Below, in pieces: positions 59,664 through 64,000 of a stretch of 64,000 nucleotides of DNA. The position numbers and the translations under genes are program-made. The notes below the pieces were generated by a model. It was not told the DNA's origin and ran no database searches. It saw nothing but the letters and a program-made list of their open reading frames with translations. The stretch is taken from contig JAZDJN010000098.1 of the NCBI GenBank assembly GCA_043803945.1, forward strand, positions 1-64,000, written 5' to 3'. The stretch is from a bacterium. Its GTDB lineage: Bacteria; Bacteroidota; Ignavibacteria; UBA10030. The stretch's first letter is position 1. The number at the start of each line of letters is the position of its first letter.

Positions 59664-60794
59664 ATGATACCTCGAATCTTACAATCGAAAATCAAACAAA
59701 GACTCTTTAAAGGAAAAGCAATTATCCTCTACGGCCCTCGACAAGCTGGTAAAACGACTCTGGTAAAAAACCTGCTCAGTGATCTGAAATTAAGCTCGAT
59801 TGTATTTGATGGTGATGAAGCCGATATACGGGAAGTGCTTACTAACACGACATCGACCAAATTAAAATCGCTGGTGGGAAAAAATAGAATTGTCTTCATC
59901 GATGAAGCTCAGCGAATTCCAGGGATAGGGCTCACCATGAAGCTGTTTACAGATAAGCTCTCTGATGTACAACTAATAGCTTCTGGGTCGTCTGCATTTC
60001 AACTTGCATCACAGTCGAGCGAGGCACTTACAGGGAGAAAATATGAGTTTGTCCTTTACCCACTTTCCTTTGGAGAGCTTGCCGGTGCTCAAAGCATCCT
60101 GGAAGAGAAACGGGTGCTTGACCATCGGCTGATCTTCGGATCATATCCGGAGATTGCGACACATCCCGGTGAAGAGAGGGAGCTTCTTAAGCTTTTAGTT
60201 CAGAGTTATTTGTATAAGGATGTTCTCTCGTACGAGCGTTTATCAAAGCCGGCAGTTCTTGAAAAGCTTGTCCGTGCACTGGCTTTGCAGGTAGGCAGCG
60301 AGGTATCATATCGTGAACTTGGCCAACTCATTGGTATCGATAACGAGACAGTGGAGAGATATATCGACATGCTCGAAAAGTGCTACGTGCTTTTCCGTCT
60401 TCCTTCCTACAGCCGTAATGTTCGGAACGAAATTAAGAAAGGTAAAAAAATATACTTTTTCGACACAGGTGTACGAAATGCAATTCTCGGTCATTATTCC
60501 ATGCTGCATTCGCGCAGCGATACCGGAGCGCTCTGGGAGAATTATCTGATAGTAGAGCGGATGAAAACTCTTGCTTACCGGGGGAGCGATGCACGCTCCT
60601 TTTTCTGGCGTACGGCACAACAGCAGGAGATTGATTATGTAGAAGAGGAGGAGGGCCGGTTGAGAGCGTTCGAATTCAAATGGAACCGAAAGGCAAAACC
60701 AAAGGTTCCGAAAACATTTACATCAAGCTACCCTGGTTCGGCGACTTCACTGGTAACTCCGGAAACCTATGACTCATTTCTCACTGGTGACTAA
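59664..60794 (+). CDS. AAA_14 ATPase with DUF4143/PD-(D/E)XK-like C-terminus
   Basis: GPRQAGKTT, FIDEAQ, SGSS, LTGRK, KIYFFDTG, LWEN, QEIDYV...FEFKW. Confidence 0.9.
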   Translation: MIPRILQSKIKQRLFKGKAIILYGPRQAGKTTLVKNLLSDLKLSSIVFDGDEADIREVLTNTTSTKLKSLVGKNRIVFIDEAQRIPGIGLTMKLFTDKLSDVQLIASGSSAFQLASQSSEALTGRKYEFVLYPLSFGELAGAQSILEEKRVLDHRLIFGSYPEIATHPGEERELLKLLVQSYLYKDVLSYERLSKPAVLEKLVRALALQVGSEVSYRELGQLIGIDNETVERYIDMLEKCYVLFRLPSYSRNVRNEIKKGKKIYFFDTGVRNAILGHYSMLHSRSDTGALWENYLIVERMKTLAYRGSDARSFFWRTAQQQEIDYVEEEEGRLRAFEFKWNRKAKPKVPKTFTSSYPGSATSLVTPETYDSFLTGD

Positions 60795-60837
60795 TTGCAT
60801 TTTGCTGAGAGTAGGAGAAAGATTTGAGCTATAAACT

Positions 60838-60993
60838 GGGGCTGTCTAAAAAGAGCCTTTGTCATTTCGATCCCGATTTATCGGGAGAGAAATCTTGCTT
60901 TTTGTTTAGATTTCTCAGTTGCTGCGCGCCTTCGAAATGACAAAACGGTCTTTTTGGTCAACCCCTGAGGGGATGAGTCAGACAATACCAAAG
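60838..60993. mobile_element. Nested palindromic element E, near-identical direct repeat of the core of D
   Basis: About 150 bp almost identical to 59301-59456. Confidence 0.82.
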
Positions 60994-61095
60994 CCATTGA
61001 GCATCGAACCGTTCCCTGCGCTATAGGCCTCAAGAGAGAGGGAACGGTTCGGTTACAAGATTCTTCGGAAAGTGTCACGGTGTAAAAGAAAATGA

Positions 61096-61149
61096 TAGAA
61101 GTCCGTCTTTTTCCGTTGGTTACTCTCTGGTAAAAGACGGACTTCTACC
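61096..61149. repeat. REP-like palindrome AGAAGTCCGTCTTTT...AAAAGACGGACTTCT (copy 1)
   Basis: 16-bp IR; direct copy at 63424-63477. Confidence 0.85.
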
Positions 61150-61172
61150 AGAATAGGAAGGAGCGAAGAGGT

Positions 61173-63161
61173 TTGAAATATTCTATCAAACTAATCGGCA
61201 TTGTTTCCTTTTCATTTATTATCCTCTCTCTTTTCCAAAGCTGTACGGAAAAAGAGTTTAACAATCCTGTTGATCCGAATGTAAAGATTCTGCCTCCTAC
61301 AAACCTCCTGCTTTCCCTTACGACCGATACATCTGCGACAATAAGCTGGAGCGACCCAAATAACTTTTCTCTTGAACAGCAGAAGAGTATTCGATATGAG
61401 ATACAACAGAGCACAGACCAGAATACTTACACGCCAGTAAAATCTGTACAAGGGGATACGACATCTGTTATTATAAGAGGTACATTCCTTTCAACGAATT
61501 CTTATTACTTCAGGATAAAAGCTGTTGCGGGTATTAATGCTTCCGGGTATGCAGATGCTGTGAGTGGAAGTATTACCTTTTCAGCCCCAACGAATGTTCA
61601 GGTGACAGCGATAACAGAGACACGAGCTACAGTAACTTGGGCGTTGAACAATCCAATTGCCACGATGGTGATGATTGAGCGAAGCGCTAATGCAATGATA
61701 GGATTTGTACTCGTTGATAGTGCGACCGCTTCAAACAATTCAAAGTTAGTAACAGGAAGATATAGTGCTGATAGTACTTATTATTTCAGGATACAGGCGA
61801 AATCCAATATCAATAAGAGTGTCTACTCGGCAGTAGCTTCAAACCAATATGTATTTTCGGCACCAACAAACCTTACAATATCCTCATTGACAGAGACACA
61901 GGCAACATTAAGTTGGGCACTTAACAATCCACTTGCAACGATCGTGATGATCGAGCGGAGCACTGCTGCTTCTTCCGGCTATAGAGCCGTTGATAGTGTC
62001 TCAGCGAGCCTAACGACAAAAGGGATAGTTGGTATTTATTGTACGGACTCGACATATTATTTCCGTCTTAAGACAAAGTCATCCATCAATCAAAGTAGTT
62101 ACACACCCGCGGTTTTACAGAAACTTCTGTTCCCAGCCCCTTCCAATCTTCTGGTAACTTCATTTTCAGCTACATCTGCTTCTTTACAGTGGAAGGATAA
62201 TAGCTCGTTTGAGACAGGATTTGAAATCAACTCTGGAATCGACAGTACAAATCTATCTCTCATAAAAACTGAGCTAGCAAATTCAACTGCATCAGTGATT
62301 AATAGTGCGTTTGATATTAAGAAAGTCTACTATTTCCGTGTCCGTGCAAAGTCTTTATATAACATTTCAGCTTTCTCATCTGCTGAGATTGCTCCCCTTG
62401 TTCCCACAGGTATGGTTTTTATTAAAGGCAGTACATTCACTGCAAACTCTACTCCGATTACTATCAGCAGTTTCAATATAGACCAATATGAAGTGACGTA
62501 CGAGCTTTGGACCGATGTAAGAAATTGGGGATTGACACATGGCTATACCGATTTGCCTTCGGGACGAAATGGCTACAATCCAATTGGAACAAACAATCCC
62601 GTCACAGAGGTAAACTGGTATGACATCGTTAAATGGTGCAATGCCCGTTCGGAAAAAGATGGCTTGACACCTGTATATTATACAAACAGCTCACAGAACA
62701 CAGTCTATCGCACAGGTCAAACAGATATTAATAATGATGCGGTGAAATGGACGGCAAATGGCTATCGTCTACCGACGGAAGCAGAGTGGGAGTATGCAGC
62801 CCGTGGAGGAATCCAAACGCATGGATACACCTACAGTGGCAGCAACACGATAGAGGACGTGGCATGGTATAATTCAAACTCTCCAAACAACACCCATCCC
62901 GTTGGACAAAAGAGTACAAACGAGCTTTGTATTTATGATATGAGCGGGAATGTATGGGAGTGGTGCTGGGACTGGCATGGGTCTACATATCCCTCAGGTG
63001 GGACTATGGATCCGAAAGGACCCTCGACAACCCAATCGTACCGTTTGCTGCGTGGCGGTTCTTTCGACGGCAGCGAGTACGTCTGTCGGGTAGTCATCCG
63101 CAGCTACAACCTCCCTTCCGGCTGCAACTTCTTTTACGGTTTCCGATGTGTCCAGGATTAA
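61173..63161 (+). CDS. Lipoprotein with FN3-like repeats + FGE-sulfatase/CLec domain; probable target of a second DGR
   Basis: Lipobox FQSC; repeated (A/P)P(T/S)N(L/V)...YYFR units; YRLPTEAEWEYAARGG; NNC-codon-rich 3' end ending YGFRCVQD; TTG start. Confidence 0.88.
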   Translation: MKYSIKLIGIVSFSFIILSLFQSCTEKEFNNPVDPNVKILPPTNLLLSLTTDTSATISWSDPNNFSLEQQKSIRYEIQQSTDQNTYTPVKSVQGDTTSVIIRGTFLSTNSYYFRIKAVAGINASGYADAVSGSITFSAPTNVQVTAITETRATVTWALNNPIATMVMIERSANAMIGFVLVDSATASNNSKLVTGRYSADSTYYFRIQAKSNINKSVYSAVASNQYVFSAPTNLTISSLTETQATLSWALNNPLATIVMIERSTAASSGYRAVDSVSASLTTKGIVGIYCTDSTYYFRLKTKSSINQSSYTPAVLQKLLFPAPSNLLVTSFSATSASLQWKDNSSFETGFEINSGIDSTNLSLIKTELANSTASVINSAFDIKKVYYFRVRAKSLYNISAFSSAEIAPLVPTGMVFIKGSTFTANSTPITISSFNIDQYEVTYELWTDVRNWGLTHGYTDLPSGRNGYNPIGTNNPVTEVNWYDIVKWCNARSEKDGLTPVYYTNSSQNTVYRTGQTDINNDAVKWTANGYRLPTEAEWEYAARGGIQTHGYTYSGSNTIEDVAWYNSNSPNNTHPVGQKSTNELCIYDMSGNVWEWCWDWHGSTYPSGGTMDPKGPSTTQSYRLLRGGSFDGSEYVCRVVIRSYNLPSGCNFFYGFRCVQD

Positions 63162-63240
63162 ATTTATACTTTAACACTTTTACGCTTTTACACTTTAAAA
63201 CGCGTGTACAATATTTTAAAAAACAATTACAGAGGAGGAT

Positions 63241-63385
63241 ATGGCAGCTACCGAAGCAATCATAGTAAAGACATATCATTTTTTGGTATACATGATACCG
63301 CTTTTATCGAAACTGCCGAGGGAACAGAAGTTTCTTGTTGCAGATCGGTAAAATGACTGGAGGTTGGTTATAGTCCATCACGTGA
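63241..63385 (+). pseudogene. avd: Internally deleted avd pseudogene
   Basis: GAGGAGG RBS; MAATEAIIVKTYHFLVYMIPLLSKLPREQKFLVADR* aligns to the Avd N-terminus; a shifted frame gives IGKMTGGWL*SIT*, matching the Avd C-terminus. Confidence 0.87.
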
Positions 63386-63423
63386 AAACATTATCGATTG
63401 TTGATGAACTAATGAAAATAAGA

Positions 63424-63477
63424 AAGAAGTCCGTCTTTTTCCGATGGTTATTCTCCGTTAAAAGACGGACTTCTACC
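63424..63477. repeat. REP-like palindrome (copy 2)
   Basis: Direct repeat of 61096-61149. Confidence 0.85.
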
Positions 63478-63690
63478 TATGAACTGCAGGAAGAGGTATA
63501 CAGATTGGTGCAGAAAGAACGTTCCTACAGGCAAAGTTGATCCCTGCCTGCGGCAGGCAGGCGGACGAAGTGAGGCCTGCAAAGGCGAGCGAAGAGCTTG
63601 CCCGAAATAAGACAGATGAAGAAGAGAGACGAGAAATGGATCTGTAAGGAACGCGATGGAAGAAGTGAAATGGGGATTAAAGAACTATTT

Positions 63691-63998
63691 TGACTCACCC
63701 CTGGCCCCCTTCTCTAAAAGATAGAGAAGGGGGTATCTGGAATGGTGAACATCATTAAGATAACTTTTTCGAATTGTACAGAAAGATTACTCTATACTCC
63801 GGGGTTGTCCAAAAAGAAAAGAAACTGTCACACCCGAATGATTTTACCTGCCTGCCGGCAGGCAGGTCGGGTGTCCAGTGCCTTAATCTTTCAAATTTCT
63901 GGATTCCCGCTAGAAGCATGCCTGCCCGACGCAGGCGGGCGGGAATGACAGCGTTCTTTTTTACTTTTTTGGACAACCCCGGTATGGTGATGAGTCAG
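63691..63998. mobile_element. Nested palindromic element F
   Basis: tgactcacccc, ccccttctct...agagaagggg, inner IR ggggttgtccaaaaag / ttttttggacaacccc with cargo like element B plus CCTGCC/GGCAGG inserts, tgagtcag. Confidence 0.78.
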
Positions 63999-64000
63999 AC

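Noticed and set aside
60770-60776. TGACTCA inside the ATPase 3' end as the left end of element E
   Set aside because: Lies in coding sequence and lacks the following C-run; likely coincidence.

Overview
Bacterial chromosomal window, most likely Ignavibacteriota or another Bacteroidota relative (inferred from gene content and order; not verified). It has two parts. About 1-39.3 kb is housekeeping: polA, glnS, gltX, folB-folK-dNK, asnS, an ABC exporter, nuoJKLM-[antiporter]-nuoN, nnr, tgt-yajC-ribBA, greA and five tRNAs, two of which are followed by small GIY-YIG genes. About 39.7-64 kb, starting right after tRNA-Leu, is an all-plus-strand accessory array of mostly exported proteins: transglutaminase-like, LPP20-type, DUF4384-like, PEGA, FN3, three signal-peptide-bearing caspase-like (C14) proteases and four FGE-sulfatase/CLec domains. 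Its core is a complete diversity-generating retroelement (DGR): target1-avd-RT/TR-target2, with adenine-specific TR-to-VR differences visible directly. Unusual points: (i) both flanking targets are currently broken inside their VRs; (ii) a second, decayed DGR sits at 61-63.4 kb; (iii) a CTTTTACACTT motif lies at an identical distance behind three VRs; (iv) four different exported proteins share an (Q/G)RGMK peptide encoded by different codons, suggesting an extracytoplasmic Arg-specific protease circuit coupled to hypervariable receptors; (v) many gene boundaries hold nested palindromic repeat elements. All alignments and counts were made by eye.
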